From NCBI GenBank assembly GCA_028282585.1, contig JANQHR010000013.1, forward strand, positions 1 through 35,275: a stretch of 35,275 bases of DNA, written 5' to 3'. The position numbers were made by a program, and so were the translations under genes. Positions 17,784-28,690 of this stretch are shown here, piece by piece. The notes under the pieces are model-generated. The model had not been told where the DNA came from, did no database searches, and worked only from the letters and a program-made list of their open reading frames with translations. This stretch comes from Bacteroidales bacterium (GTDB taxonomy: Bacteria; Bacteroidota; Bacteroidia; Bacteroidales; UBA12077). Position 1 is the stretch's first letter, and every line of letters starts with the position of its first letter.

Positions 17784-18065
17784 CTATTTTTCTTTGCTGT
17801 CCTTTTGCTCTTTACTATCTTTTTGTTCTTCTTTTAGCTTTTGCTCCATTTCAGCAATCAGGTCTTCAATGTGTTCTTTAGTGCTCACAAGCTCTTCCAG
17901 GTCCATGCGTTCAAAATCCTTGTCGTTTGATTCAGGAATGTGAATTCCCTGACTGCGTAAAAAATCGTTGATTTTCGATTTGTTTTTACTGTAAAGATAA
18001 TAGGCACCAATAGAAACACCAACGCCTATCAAAATCCCGGTAGTTAAATTTCCTTTATTGTTCAT
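17784..18065 (-). CDS. Small GxxxG single-TM coiled-coil protein (FezA-like)
   Basis: TGILIGVGVSIG helix; acidic amphipathic KEHIEDLIAE; last gene of the ATPase operon. Confidence 0.65.
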   Translation of the reverse strand: MNNKGNLTTGILIGVGVSIGAYYLYSKNKSKINDFLRSQGIHIPESNDKDFERMDLEELVSTKEHIEDLIAEMEQKLKEEQKDSKEQKDSKEK

Positions 18066-18075
18066 AACTATCTAT

Positions 18076-18903
18076 TTATTGATTAAAATGTAAAACCATT
18101 CCGTCGTTTTTTTCTCCCATACCTTCAATAAACTCATCGTGAGAGTGCATCAGGTCTTTTACCCCTTCAAATATTGAATTGTTAAATCCTCGTTCAGTAC
18201 TAAAGAAATTTTCTGACAAAACATACAACAAATCAGCCAAGTTTCCTTTGTTTTTTAGTTTGGAAATATTCAGATGATAATATGCTTTTTTACTATCCTC
18301 TCTCTTTTTGGTCACATCGAGTATAATTCCTTCGCTATCATAACTGGAAAAGTGTCGTCCAAATGTACTAATCCAGGTAAGGGCAGATGGTATTAAAATC
18401 TTTTTATTATTTACAATGGAATTTACCATTAAGCCAAGTGATAAAACTTCGGGATCTACACTACCTTTTTTCTTGTAATCAAATACGGCGTGTTCTAAAA
18501 CTGCAGCAGCAGTTGTGGCAGCACTTATCCAATTTACCGACTTTTTAAGCATCTCGTTTCTTGGGATAGCGCTTAACGCCATCGCAGTTAAAATAAATAA
18601 TCCCGAAAGCAATCCTTTTTTAGTGATAAATTCTTCTTTCTGTATCTGAAAAATCTTTACCGGAGATAAACTATTTTCTAATGAATAAGCCACAGCAGTT
18701 CGAATCAACAATTCCTGGGCACGTATAATTTGATTGTCGAAATAAATTAACAAATTTTGAGTAACCGGGTTATATTCGAATGTTTCAATCCCGTTATGCT
18801 CCATTACTTGTGCCTTTAATTTTTCGAAATTTTTTATAGATTTCGAAAAATTTATTCGCAAGCGATTATCCAAGCGATGCTTTATGGCTATAATCAATTC
18901 CAT
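18076..18903 (-). CDS. HMA2-like domain membrane protein
   Basis: N-terminal KHRLDNRLRI motif, NPVTQNLLIYFD, followed by TM helices; 1-bp overlap with the ATPase gene. Confidence 0.7.
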   Translation of the reverse strand: MELIIAIKHRLDNRLRINFSKSIKNFEKLKAQVMEHNGIETFEYNPVTQNLLIYFDNQIIRAQELLIRTAVAYSLENSLSPVKIFQIQKEEFITKKGLLSGLFILTAMALSAIPRNEMLKKSVNWISAATTAAAVLEHAVFDYKKKGSVDPEVLSLGLMVNSIVNNKKILIPSALTWISTFGRHFSSYDSEGIILDVTKKREDSKKAYYHLNISKLKNKGNLADLLYVLSENFFSTERGFNNSIFEGVKDLMHSHDEFIEGMGEKNDGMVLHFNQ

Positions 18904-21101
18904 TATTTGTCCATTTTAAAGAAAAACAACCTTAGCGAATTTGATACAACGGCTACGGTTGTCATGTTATGTAAAAAGGCTCCCCAAAACACGGGTAAAA
19001 CACCCATGGCGCCTAATACTAAACCTAAGCTATTAACTCCTACCGAAGCAATAAAATTTTGCTGAATAATATTCATTGTATTGCGCGAAAGTCTGATAGC
19101 AGATGGAATGGTTAATGGATTGTCACTTTGAATAGCAATATCGGCTGCCTCCATTGCAATATCGGTGCGTTTACTACCCAGGGCTATTCCTACATCGGCA
19201 TAAGCCAATGCAGGTGCATCGTTTATACCATCGCCAATCATAACCACAGGCGAGCCGGATGACTGTATGTTTAATGCAAAGCGCGCTTTGTCTTCCGGAA
19301 GAAGTTCCGACTTGTAGCGATCAAAAGTCATTTTATTTGCGACAATTTCTGCTTGTTGCTCTACATCACCTGTTAACAAAATGATATCATCTATTTCGAG
19401 GTTACGAAGTCGGTTGATCGTTTTTTTCATATTTTCACGTAACGGGTCGTTTATGCCGATGAGTCCGCACACAGCATTCGATTTGGCCACGTATACAATG
19501 TTTTCACCTCGTATCATTAACCTGGAAAAGAGCTCTTTGACTGGTTCCAGCGAAATCCCGTTTTCTTTCATGAATTTTGCATTTCCTACCCTGACAATAT
19601 TCCTGCCTACTTTGGTTTTAACACCGCGTCCTATAACTACTTCAATTTCGCCGTGTTTAGGTATTGGTATTCCACTTAACCTTACTTTTTGCATAATAGC
19701 ATGAGAAACAGGGTGAGTTGAGGTTTCCTCAGCGGCCGCTGCGAGTGCTAAAAGGTCTTCTTTACTCATGTTTTCATTTACGGGTATGATTGACCTAACT
19801 TCAGGATTACCTTCTGTGAGTGTGCCTGTTTTATCAAATATGACCGTATCAGCTTCAGCCAAAGTTTCCAGGTAATTACTGCCTTTTATAAGTACTTTGT
19901 TTTTTGCTCCTGTCGATATAGCAGCCGTTAATGCAGTTGCTGTTGATAACCGTATGCCACAAGAGTAATCTATTACCAGCATATTAAGAGCCCTTACAGG
20001 ACTTCGGGTAATTGCAAACACAATGGCTCCCAGAACAAAGTTTAGTGGAATTAGCCTGGCAGAAAATCGATCGGCTTTATTTTGCACTTGCGCTTTGTGT
20101 TGCGATGCTTCTTCAACCATTTGAATAATCTTGGCTGCTGCAGTATCTTCTTGTATTTTTTCCGCTACAACTGATATGGTCCCTGTTTTTACCGTACTTC
20201 CTGCAAATACTTGCTGTTTTTTTGTTTTCTCCCTTGGCATATATTCACCCGTAATAGATGATTCATCAACAACAGCTGAACCGTTGACAACTTTACCATC
20301 CACGCTGATGATTTCTCCGGCATGTACTACAATGGTATCACCCTTTTTTATATTCTCCTGAGGTATCTTCAACAAGGTGCCGTCTTTTTGCAACATCCAT
20401 ACATATTTTTCTCCGGTAGCCAACATTTCGCGAATAGCCTTACGTGTTCGGCTCATACTATAAGCTGTAAGTAGTTCGGCAATATCGGCAAGTAAAATAA
20501 TGGTAATTGCAGAGATCCCATTTCCTGAAAGAAGGCTGGCGATGATGGCTGTTGCACTTAGTGTATCGGCATTCGGACGTTTATTGTACCGTAACGATTC
20601 ATAACCACTTTTAAAAATCGGACGCGATAAACTAAAGCTTGTTAAGGCAGGAAAACTGGTAAGCCGTCCAAATAATGACAAATGTGAATAACGTTTCCTT
20701 CTGAAAAATGTCCATGCCAGTGCTGCCGATCCAAATATTACATTACGTAACAATTCACCTACCGGTTCCTCTTGTAAACGTCTTTCATTTACTGTTAGTC
20801 TCGATTTTTCTTTACGTTCACCTTTGTATGCAGCAATTGAAAACTGAGCGATTATATCTTCCGTTTTTTTAAGTATCGTTTCCGGAGCAATTTCACTCGC
20901 ATACTCAACCAATACGTTACTGGTTATTGTTGTGATTTTTACAGAAGTAATAAAAATAACACCAGATAATTGACAATCGATTTCATTGGTGTAACCAGAA
21001 AGATATTTTAAGGCCCTGCAGTAGATACGCATCCTTCCTTTGAGTTGGTGAACGACTTTACATTTTAACAGAGGTTCGTTGCTATATCTTTTCAAATACA
21101 T
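18903..21101 (-). CDS. Heavy-metal P1B-type ATPase, P1B-6/FezB-like
   Basis: DKTGT, SITGE, STHP, GDGIND; membrane motifs DYSCG and HNMTT instead of CPC; N-terminal HQLKGRMRI HMA2-like domain. Confidence 0.9.
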   Translation of the reverse strand: MYLKRYSNEPLLKCKVVHQLKGRMRIYCRALKYLSGYTNEIDCQLSGVIFITSVKITTITSNVLVEYASEIAPETILKKTEDIIAQFSIAAYKGERKEKSRLTVNERRLQEEPVGELLRNVIFGSAALAWTFFRRKRYSHLSLFGRLTSFPALTSFSLSRPIFKSGYESLRYNKRPNADTLSATAIIASLLSGNGISAITIILLADIAELLTAYSMSRTRKAIREMLATGEKYVWMLQKDGTLLKIPQENIKKGDTIVVHAGEIISVDGKVVNGSAVVDESSITGEYMPREKTKKQQVFAGSTVKTGTISVVAEKIQEDTAAAKIIQMVEEASQHKAQVQNKADRFSARLIPLNFVLGAIVFAITRSPVRALNMLVIDYSCGIRLSTATALTAAISTGAKNKVLIKGSNYLETLAEADTVIFDKTGTLTEGNPEVRSIIPVNENMSKEDLLALAAAAEETSTHPVSHAIMQKVRLSGIPIPKHGEIEVVIGRGVKTKVGRNIVRVGNAKFMKENGISLEPVKELFSRLMIRGENIVYVAKSNAVCGLIGINDPLRENMKKTINRLRNLEIDDIILLTGDVEQQAEIVANKMTFDRYKSELLPEDKARFALNIQSSGSPVVMIGDGINDAPALAYADVGIALGSKRTDIAMEAADIAIQSDNPLTIPSAIRLSRNTMNIIQQNFIASVGVNSLGLVLGAMGVLPVFWGAFLHNMTTVAVVSNSLRLFFFKMDK

Positions 21102-21462
21102 ATCCTTCCTCCTTTAAAGCATTAAATATTTTGGTAATGCTTTCGTTATTTAATTTACCCTGATTTTTTAACAATTCGAATGCGTTCACCCTTAGATCGT
21201 TCAAAAACTTAAGAATTTGTTCTTTACTTGTTACGTTTTCGTTATATGTGATTAAAGCATTTGATGTTAAGAAGTTTACCTCCAGGGTATCCACACCCTT
21301 TAAACGGTACTGCTGAAAAAGATTTTGTGCCTCCTCGTTAGTTACAATGCCTTTTGCATACTCCAACCCGGGTATTTTTACCCTCAATCTTCCCGGAATA
21401 CTGTGCACTGCGTATACTTTTGACAGTTTTAGAAATGTTTTACTTAATAAATTTAGATTCAT
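21082..21462 (-). CDS. HMA2-like domain protein
   Basis: VHSIPGRLRVKIP, GVDTLEVNFLTSNALITY. Confidence 0.8.
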   Translation of the reverse strand: MNLNLLSKTFLKLSKVYAVHSIPGRLRVKIPGLEYAKGIVTNEEAQNLFQQYRLKGVDTLEVNFLTSNALITYNENVTSKEQILKFLNDLRVNAFELLKNQGKLNNESITKIFNALKEEGYVFEKI

Positions 21463-21520
21463 GCCAAATTTAAATTCTTATGGTTAAACAGCTATGCGTT
21501 AATTTCGCTTATTAAACAAT

Positions 21521-22057
21521 TCAATCGCCTTGCATGTTCATGTATGTCCAATAGAGCAAGCTTAACCCCGAAGGCATAAAGTTCCGTTTACTTATCAGGG
21601 CATAAATACCTAAACTTAAAAATGAAGTGGTGATCACACTGTTTAGATCCATCATACCTTTTGTGTATTCATAAATACCGGTATTCATCGATTTAAAAAT
21701 ACTCTTTAATTCTTTCGTAACCAATGATTTAGGCGTTTTACTTATAGTTTCTTCCAGTCCGAGAATTTTTACAACAACGCCTGTAATGGTTTCTATATCA
21801 ATTTTTTCATTGTCAAATTCTATTAACAAACTCCCTGTAATAGGGTTAGCAACTACAGATTTTAATTGACTTGCTTTCTCCAAATGATTTTTTATTTGTT
21901 GGCATTTTTCTGGCTCATTTTTTAGAACTGGCACAAAAAAACGTACACGGCCTGATAAAAAATGCCTTATCTCTATAACGCCTATAAAACCCTTAAAACC
22001 CTTGTTATTATTTCCACTTAACAACCTTGTCAATATAATACCTGCTAAAATATGCAT
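21521..22057 (-). CDS. HMA2-like domain protein with C-terminal TM region (FezC-like)
   Basis: RHFLSGRVRF, ANPITGSLLIEFD, C-terminal hydrophobic segment ending PSGLSLLYW. Confidence 0.75.
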   Translation of the reverse strand: MHILAGIILTRLLSGNNNKGFKGFIGVIEIRHFLSGRVRFFVPVLKNEPEKCQQIKNHLEKASQLKSVVANPITGSLLIEFDNEKIDIETITGVVVKILGLEETISKTPKSLVTKELKSIFKSMNTGIYEYTKGMMDLNSVITTSFLSLGIYALISKRNFMPSGLSLLYWTYMNMQGD

Positions 22058-22365
22058 AGTTTAATCAAATTTGTAAACTATAAAGATAGTGTATTATGCT
22101 TCTTAGAGAAATCTTTTAGGAGGTTTTTATATGAGGTTTTGGCTGGAAAATGTAAATTTAGATTGTTCCCAATGCCACAACAATATAAATATGATAAATT
22201 AATTTCAAGCAACCTTCCTGATGATTAATAGAAAGGTTTATATATTTGAAAGAGTATTTTGGAAAGATCAAAAAATTTCAACCAATTTTGTTGAAACAAG
22301 AGAAATAAAATATTATCAATGCCTTGCAGCTACCGGGGCTTCATGCTTGATAACCGCATAAAACA

Positions 22366-23382
22366 ATGAAAACAAACAACTTAGACACACTATCAATACC
22401 AAAGGTAGAATTACATGTGCATATTGAAGGAGCTGTATCTCCTGAAACGTACTACACTTTGGCTGAAAAAAATAAAATTAAACTTCCATTTGATACCCTG
22501 GCAAAATGGAAAGAATCTTTTATGTTTAAAGATTTTTCTCATTTTATAAATGTATATGAAACTGCTATTTCTTGTATTAAAACAGTAGAAGATATTTCAC
22601 GCATTATTGAAAACTTTTATTATCATCAAAGCAAACAAAATATAGTATACTCAGAAGCTTTTATTAGTGGATCTTTTCTAATTGAAAATTTTAAGTCAGA
22701 TGAAATTATAGAAGCAGTTCAAAATGGAATGAAAACAGGCGAAAAAAAACATCATGTTAAAGTAAATATTATACCTGATATTGCCAGGCACTTACCCGAA
22801 AGTCAAGAGAAAGTTTTCAAATTTGTTAAGGCCGGATTACATAGGGGAGTATTTATAGGGCTCGGTTTAGGAGGTATGGAAAAAGGTTATCCGCCACATT
22901 TATTTAAAGAAACTTTTATAGCAGCGAAAAAATCAGGACTCAGATTGGTTGCTCATGCAGGAGAAACTGTTGGAGCGGAAAGTATAAAAAAAACAATTAA
23001 CGAACTGGAAGTTGAAAGAATAGGTCATGGTATTCACTGTGTTGAAGATGAGTATTTGATGGATTATCTGCTGGAAAAGCAAATTCCTCTTGAAATTTCG
23101 CCAACCAGTAATTATCATTTAGGTGTTATTAATAAAAAGGAAAAACATCCAATAAGAAAAATGTTTGACAAAGGTTTGTTTTGTACAGTCAATACGGATG
23201 ACCCGGTTATGTTTTCAACCAATCTTGCAAAAGAGTATGAGTTGTTATCAAATCAAGGATTTACGAATCGCGAAATACTTCAACTTAATAAAAACTCCAT
23301 TCAAGCTTCTTTTTTAAGTAAAGAAGAAAAAAACAAACTTAATAACTTACTAAATAATTTTATTAAGAGTGAGAATGTATAA
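22366..23382 (+). CDS. add: Adenosine/adenine deaminase
   Basis: PKVELHVHIEG, AHAGE, RIGHG, PTSN, NTDDP motifs; TATATTTG at 22241-22248 upstream. Confidence 0.9.
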   Translation: MKTNNLDTLSIPKVELHVHIEGAVSPETYYTLAEKNKIKLPFDTLAKWKESFMFKDFSHFINVYETAISCIKTVEDISRIIENFYYHQSKQNIVYSEAFISGSFLIENFKSDEIIEAVQNGMKTGEKKHHVKVNIIPDIARHLPESQEKVFKFVKAGLHRGVFIGLGLGGMEKGYPPHLFKETFIAAKKSGLRLVAHAGETVGAESIKKTINELEVERIGHGIHCVEDEYLMDYLLEKQIPLEISPTSNYHLGVINKKEKHPIRKMFDKGLFCTVNTDDPVMFSTNLAKEYELLSNQGFTNREILQLNKNSIQASFLSKEEKNKLNNLLNNFIKSENV

Positions 23383-23802
23383 TGTTATTGAGTTTTACTT
23401 TTACTGGCAATAAGAATTTCCTCCTCCAAAGAATATTTTTAGTTTTTCCATCGCGCTTTTGTTCTTCATACAAATAAAATCTCTATTTAAACATAAACCG
23501 TTGCATAAATATACATTTCAAATGTGCTCAAGAATTAATGGATAATGCTCATATTTTGGCTAAATTTGTTTTATGTCCATATTTTTTTTGAATTTATTAT
23601 GAAAGAAAGGTTAGATGGAGATTATAACATTTTAGCTGAATATTTAAATAATCTGTCTTATTCAAATCAATTTTCCACAGATTATATTATTGAAAATGCC
23701 GAAAAACTGGTTATAACCTAAAAGAATAACATTATTAGGTTATTACTCAATATATTTTATAGTAAAACTAGGATGATCTAAATAATTCAAAATAAAAATT
23801 TA

Positions 23803-23818
23803 TTTGACCTAGGTCAAA
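23803..23818. promoter_or_regulatory. 16-bp perfect palindrome, Crp/Fnr-like operator
   Basis: TTTGAC-CTAG-GTCAAA, similar to TTGAT-N4-ATCAA, 59 bp upstream of the M28 gene. Confidence 0.5.
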
Positions 23819-23877
23819 GTTAAAAGTAAGGATATATAACTATTTTTAAACCCAATTGTTTCATTAAAATTTCAGAC

Positions 23878-26181
23878 ATGAGTCAAAAAAAACTATCGAG
23901 TTATATTTTTACAATATTTATTATTATGACGATTGTACTATCCCTTCTTCTTTTTAGAGCTCCTCGACCTCAATCAAAAGATTTATCCTTAACGGAATTT
24001 TCTGCGGAAAAAGCTTTTGTTCATACAAATGCAATATTCAGTAAACCGCATATGACCGGGAGCGTAGAACATGAAAGAGTTAAAGATTATATAATTAAAG
24101 AGCTTGAAAATCTTGGATTAGAAACAAGTGTTCAAAAAACTACAGCTATAACAAGCAGAAAAGGAAGATCAACATCTGCTTATATTCAGAATGTTATTGG
24201 AGTATTAAAAGGAACAGATAAGACCGGAAAGTCAATTTTAATTATTGGGCATTATGATACACAACCTAATACTCCTGGTGCAGCAGATGATGGTTCTGCA
24301 GTAGCAGCTATGCTTGAGTCTGCAAGGGCTTTGAAAGAATATCGCAAGCTAAAAAATGATATTATTTTCGTTTTTACAGATGCAGAAGAAATCGGACTAC
24401 TAGGCGCAAAAGCATTTGTCGAGGATCATGAATTAACAGGTAATGCAGGATTGGTGCTAAACATAGAAGCACGTGGAAATGCAGGGCCAAGCATCATTTT
24501 TGAGCTTAGTGCTGAAAATGGATGGATTGTAAAAGAGCTAAAAAAAGCAATGCCACATACAATTGCTCATTCACTAGCCTATGAAGTGTATAAAGTTCTT
24601 CCTAACGCAACTGATTTTACAGAGTTCAAAAAAGCAAGCCTATCCGGATTAAATGCTGCAATTGTTGATGGGTTTGTTAATTATCATAGTATGACCGATT
24701 CTCCTGAAAATCTATCTATGAGAAGTTTACAACATCATGGAGAGTATGCTCTCAACATAGCAAAACATTTTGGTAATTTGGATCTAACCCAAACAAAAGC
24801 AGACGATGTAGTATTTTTTAATATTGTTGGTTATGTTATGATTATTTATCCTATGGGATTAAATATTATACTTATTATAGCAATTACAATATTGTTTATT
24901 CTTTATTGGATAATTGGTATAAGAAAAAATCAAATCAACATATTAAAAACCATAGTAAGCGTAGTTGTTTTTATTGTAGCGATCTCATTATCATTTGGAA
25001 TAGTTTGGTTATTACGAAAAGCCGTTTTAAACATCTATCCTCATTATTCGATATATTATTATTCCAACTTTTACAATATCAAATATTACTTTATTGCCTT
25101 TGCCGCAATAGCATTGGCAGTATTTTCTTTTATTTATACCTTGGTAGACAAAAAGCTTGGTTTTGAAAATTTAAATGCAGGAATATTATGCGTATTAACC
25201 GGAATGATGTTTCCGCTTTACATCTATTTCCCATCAGCAGCATATATAATTATTGTTCCATTATTATTAATATTAATGACAAAAGTTATAGGCTTATTTC
25301 TTAACTATAGTTTGGAAAACAGCCATATAAAATATCTCTCACTTAATTTATTGTTATTGATACCTGTAATTACATTATACATTCCCCTTATAAAAATATT
25401 TTTTATCACATTCGGATTAGAGCTAATCTTTGTTGGCGTAATATTAACTTTATTGTTGGCCGGTATGGCACTAATACAAATGAAAATATTGCATAAGATG
25501 AAAAGAGGCTTGCTTCCAGGCATTACACTATCAATCGGAGTAATTTATCTTATAATTGGACATTATACTTCGGACTATTCAAAATACCAGCCCTTACAAA
25601 GCAATGTAAGATATTGTTTAAATACGGATACAAACAAAGCTTACTGGGTTTCTGATTTTATTCAAACAGACGAATGGAATGTTCAGTTTTTTGATAATCC
25701 TGATACCGGATTATTAAAGGAAATATATCCAAATACACGCAGAGAAGTATTAAAAAATGAAACAGCAGTTATCGATTTAGCAAAGCCTGAATTTAAAATT
25801 CTATCCGATACGATTGAAGGTAATCTCAGAGTTATAAAATTATGGTTAGAGTCAAACCGAAAAGCTGAATTCTTTGAAATTTATATAGAAGATATTGCCA
25901 ACTTAACAAAACTGAAGATAAACGATAAAGCTGTTAACGAAGATTTATTTTATAAACTCGAAAACATACCATATTATCAAATCAAATACTTTGGCTTATA
26001 CAATTCGGGCTGTAAACTAACATTATATTGTGAAACTAAGGAACAATTCAGGTTAATCGTAAATGAAATAAAACTGGGATTAGATTCTGTAAAAAATATT
26101 AAAGAAATGCCTGATTATATTATTCCTGATAAAGGTTATACCAGTAATCAAACACTAGCCAGGTACAGTTGGAAACTATAG
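23878..26181 (+). CDS. Membrane-bound M28 family metallopeptidase
   Basis: GHYDT, GAADDG, DAEEIGLLG, NIEARG, TDF, YH motifs followed by multiple TM helices. Confidence 0.92.
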   Translation: MSQKKLSSYIFTIFIIMTIVLSLLLFRAPRPQSKDLSLTEFSAEKAFVHTNAIFSKPHMTGSVEHERVKDYIIKELENLGLETSVQKTTAITSRKGRSTSAYIQNVIGVLKGTDKTGKSILIIGHYDTQPNTPGAADDGSAVAAMLESARALKEYRKLKNDIIFVFTDAEEIGLLGAKAFVEDHELTGNAGLVLNIEARGNAGPSIIFELSAENGWIVKELKKAMPHTIAHSLAYEVYKVLPNATDFTEFKKASLSGLNAAIVDGFVNYHSMTDSPENLSMRSLQHHGEYALNIAKHFGNLDLTQTKADDVVFFNIVGYVMIIYPMGLNIILIIAITILFILYWIIGIRKNQINILKTIVSVVVFIVAISLSFGIVWLLRKAVLNIYPHYSIYYYSNFYNIKYYFIAFAAIALAVFSFIYTLVDKKLGFENLNAGILCVLTGMMFPLYIYFPSAAYIIIVPLLLILMTKVIGLFLNYSLENSHIKYLSLNLLLLIPVITLYIPLIKIFFITFGLELIFVGVILTLLLAGMALIQMKILHKMKRGLLPGITLSIGVIYLIIGHYTSDYSKYQPLQSNVRYCLNTDTNKAYWVSDFIQTDEWNVQFFDNPDTGLLKEIYPNTRREVLKNETAVIDLAKPEFKILSDTIEGNLRVIKLWLESNRKAEFFEIYIEDIANLTKLKINDKAVNEDLFYKLENIPYYQIKYFGLYNSGCKLTLYCETKEQFRLIVNEIKLGLDSVKNIKEMPDYIIPDKGYTSNQTLARYSWKL

Positions 26182-26337
26182 AAATATAGATAACCCGGTG
26201 GCAATTTGCTATTTAAAATTATAAGCCGCACCTATGGATAACTATAAAAGCACAAGTATTTTATTAGCAATACTATCCCATGACTTTAGCAAATTCTTTG
26301 GTACATTAACAACTATGATTACATAAACTTATACGCT

Positions 26338-26883
26338 ATGAAAGCATTATTGATCATCGACATGCAAAAAATATCTTTTACACCGGAAACTCCAAGGTTT
26401 GATACCGAAGGTGTTGTTAAAAGAATTAACATGTTGTCTGCCCATTTTAGAAAACAAAATCATATGGTAATTTATATCCAGCATGATGGAAGTAAAGACG
26501 GTTTTTGCAAACCCAATTCCCAAGAATGGGAAATTCTGAATACGCTGAATATCGAAGAAAGTGATATCATAGTAAGCAAAATTGCGAATGATTCATTTTA
26601 TAAATCAAATTTAAACAGCATTTTAAAGAATAATGGAATTGAAGAGCTTGTAATTACCGGTTGTGCAACCGATTTTTGTGTAGATGCTACTATAAAATCG
26701 GCATTAACAAACGGATATAAGGTCACGGTAATAGCAGATGGACATACAACGGGTAATCGTCCTCACCTTAAAGCAGAAAAAGTAATAGAACATTATAACT
26801 GGATGTGGGATGAAATGATTCCGGTTAATGAGAAAATAAAGGTTATTAATTTTAATGATTATATAGTTCCTCAAAAAAAATAA
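26338..26883 (+). CDS. Isochorismatase-family cysteine hydrolase
   Basis: ALLIIDMQ, K...DSF, GCATDFCVDAT. Confidence 0.92.
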   Translation: MKALLIIDMQKISFTPETPRFDTEGVVKRINMLSAHFRKQNHMVIYIQHDGSKDGFCKPNSQEWEILNTLNIEESDIIVSKIANDSFYKSNLNSILKNNGIEELVITGCATDFCVDATIKSALTNGYKVTVIADGHTTGNRPHLKAEKVIEHYNWMWDEMIPVNEKIKVINFNDYIVPQKK

Positions 26884-27071
26884 AATCATATTGAATTTAA
26901 AAACCCTCTAAAACCCATACAAAAAGCCGGTTTATCGCATAATGCAAATTAATACATTACTTTAAGTAATAACCTTATGATATTATTATTCCAATAAAAC
27001 AACTCCCGAAACTACAAGGTGCACAATACTTATCTGGTTTTGTTGAATCACTATAAATGGTAATTAAGGTA

Positions 27072-27533
27072 TTATTCGTTCAAATTGCTTGTATGCCCCA
27101 CCAAATAAATCCATTTGTCATCTTCATTTTTAAATACTTGAGTAGATTTAAAATTGACATCAAACTGGTAATCCTCATAATCAAATACATCATGGATTAT
27201 GCATTTTATTATAAAAAAATTTCCATGTACCATGATTTTCTTATCCTGCATTTCCTGGTTCTTCCAATTAAACTTTTTTGACAAAAGATAATTATTAATG
27301 TATTCCTGCTTATTTAAAGTATTACCTGATGAATTGGTATACAAGAAATTATCGTGTAGTGTTTCATTAAAAAAATCAACATTTTTATTTATTAAAGCAT
27401 CTGCTCTTAATTCTAAATATTGATTTAATTCGATCATAAGCACTTCATGATCTTTTTTGATTTCCTGTTCTATTTTACAAGATAAAACTAGCAGTATTAT
27501 AAGCGTATAAACCCAGATAAGATTTTTTCTCAT
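27072..27533 (-). CDS. NTF2-like (DUF4440) lipoprotein
   Basis: Lipobox VLSC; LHDNFLYTNSSG..LNKQEYI; TQVFK....W....GHTS. Confidence 0.8.
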   Translation of the reverse strand: MRKNLIWVYTLIILLVLSCKIEQEIKKDHEVLMIELNQYLELRADALINKNVDFFNETLHDNFLYTNSSGNTLNKQEYINNYLLSKKFNWKNQEMQDKKIMVHGNFFIIKCIIHDVFDYEDYQFDVNFKSTQVFKNEDDKWIYLVGHTSNLNE

Positions 27534-27901
27534 TTAAATATATAGTTTTCTTTAATAGCATAAAATTAACTCTTTTAGCGGTACAGCCAAATTTTTCAAC
27601 TAAATCTTAATAATGTTGTATTCCGGAAATCTCTTAATTCAATTAACAATTCAAGGCATTGATAAAGGAATTTTAATAGGCTTATTAGTTTCAGGTACAA
27701 AAAACCAGATAGCAGAAATTATGAAATTAATTACCTTTTGCGTTGATTCCACAATAAAACTAGCGATAATAAACGAATAAAGGGCTAACGAAATAGCCTT
27801 CGGACATACAGCTGGTAATCGCCTTTACTCTAAGGCAGAAAAAATTAATATTGTAACTTGTAACTTAATAAGTGCGTCCAAGCAATAAAAACATTATTGC
27901 T

Positions 27902-28690
27902 ATGAATCGAGTTTATAAATTATCGATTTTACTGTTATCTATTTCAACAATTAGTATTAATTCATTATCACAGGAATGGAACCATAAAAAGCTGGAAAAA
28001 TGCAGTATTTATTATACAGATCAGGACACTATCCATTTAAATGAATACAGCGAATTCATCATAAAAGGAATTCTTAGAACCGAAAGTTACTTCAAGAATC
28101 CCTTCAATCATAAATTTGAAGTTTACATTCACCCAAACCGTGAATTATTAGATAAGCAGTGGCAAACCGATTGGCAAATGCCTGATTTTAAATCAGAATG
28201 TTGGATGGTTGCAAGTGGTGTTAGTACCAGAATGGATATCCTCTCACCCGCTGTTTGGGAAGAACAGGCCTGTGAACACAAATTTCAAGACAAGGAAAAA
28301 ACTCAAAACTTAATAACGCACGAATTAATTCATATTTACCATGGACAAAGGAATATTAGCCCGGACTTTTTTGAAACTTACGGTATTAACTGGTTTATTG
28401 AAGGGCTTGCTACTTTTGTATCCGGACAATGTGATAGTGCAAGAGTCTCTGAAGTAAAAAATGCCGTTCGCAAAGGAAATATACCCGAATCTTTGAGCAG
28501 TTTTTGGAGAGGAAACCTTAGGTATGGGTTATCAGGCACAATGATCATGTACATTGAACATAAATACAGTAAAGATAAAATAATAGAATCTTTAAGGTAT
28601 AACAAACTTGAAGATATACTTAGTTTATTATCCACTTCAGAAACTAGCTTGATTGAAAATTGGAAAGCTTACATTTTAAATTATCAATAA
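27902..28690 (+). CDS. Secreted gluzincin-type metallopeptidase
   Basis: Signal peptide from ATG 27902; THELIH plus downstream WFIEGLA. Confidence 0.8.
   Translation: MNRVYKLSILLLSISTISINSLSQEWNHKKLEKCSIYYTDQDTIHLNEYSEFIIKGILRTESYFKNPFNHKFEVYIHPNRELLDKQWQTDWQMPDFKSECWMVASGVSTRMDILSPAVWEEQACEHKFQDKEKTQNLITHELIHIYHGQRNISPDFFETYGINWFIEGLATFVSGQCDSARVSEVKNAVRKGNIPESLSSFWRGNLRYGLSGTMIMYIEHKYSKDKIIESLRYNKLEDILSLLSTSETSLIENWKAYILNYQ

Noticed and set aside
22058-22365. Fur box upstream of the fez-like operon
   Set aside because: Only AT-rich partial matches, with no convincing 19-bp inverted repeat.
27620-27890. Possible gene remnant on + (IQGIDKGILIGLLVSG...)
   Set aside because: Interrupted by a stop, and I cannot assign it to a family.
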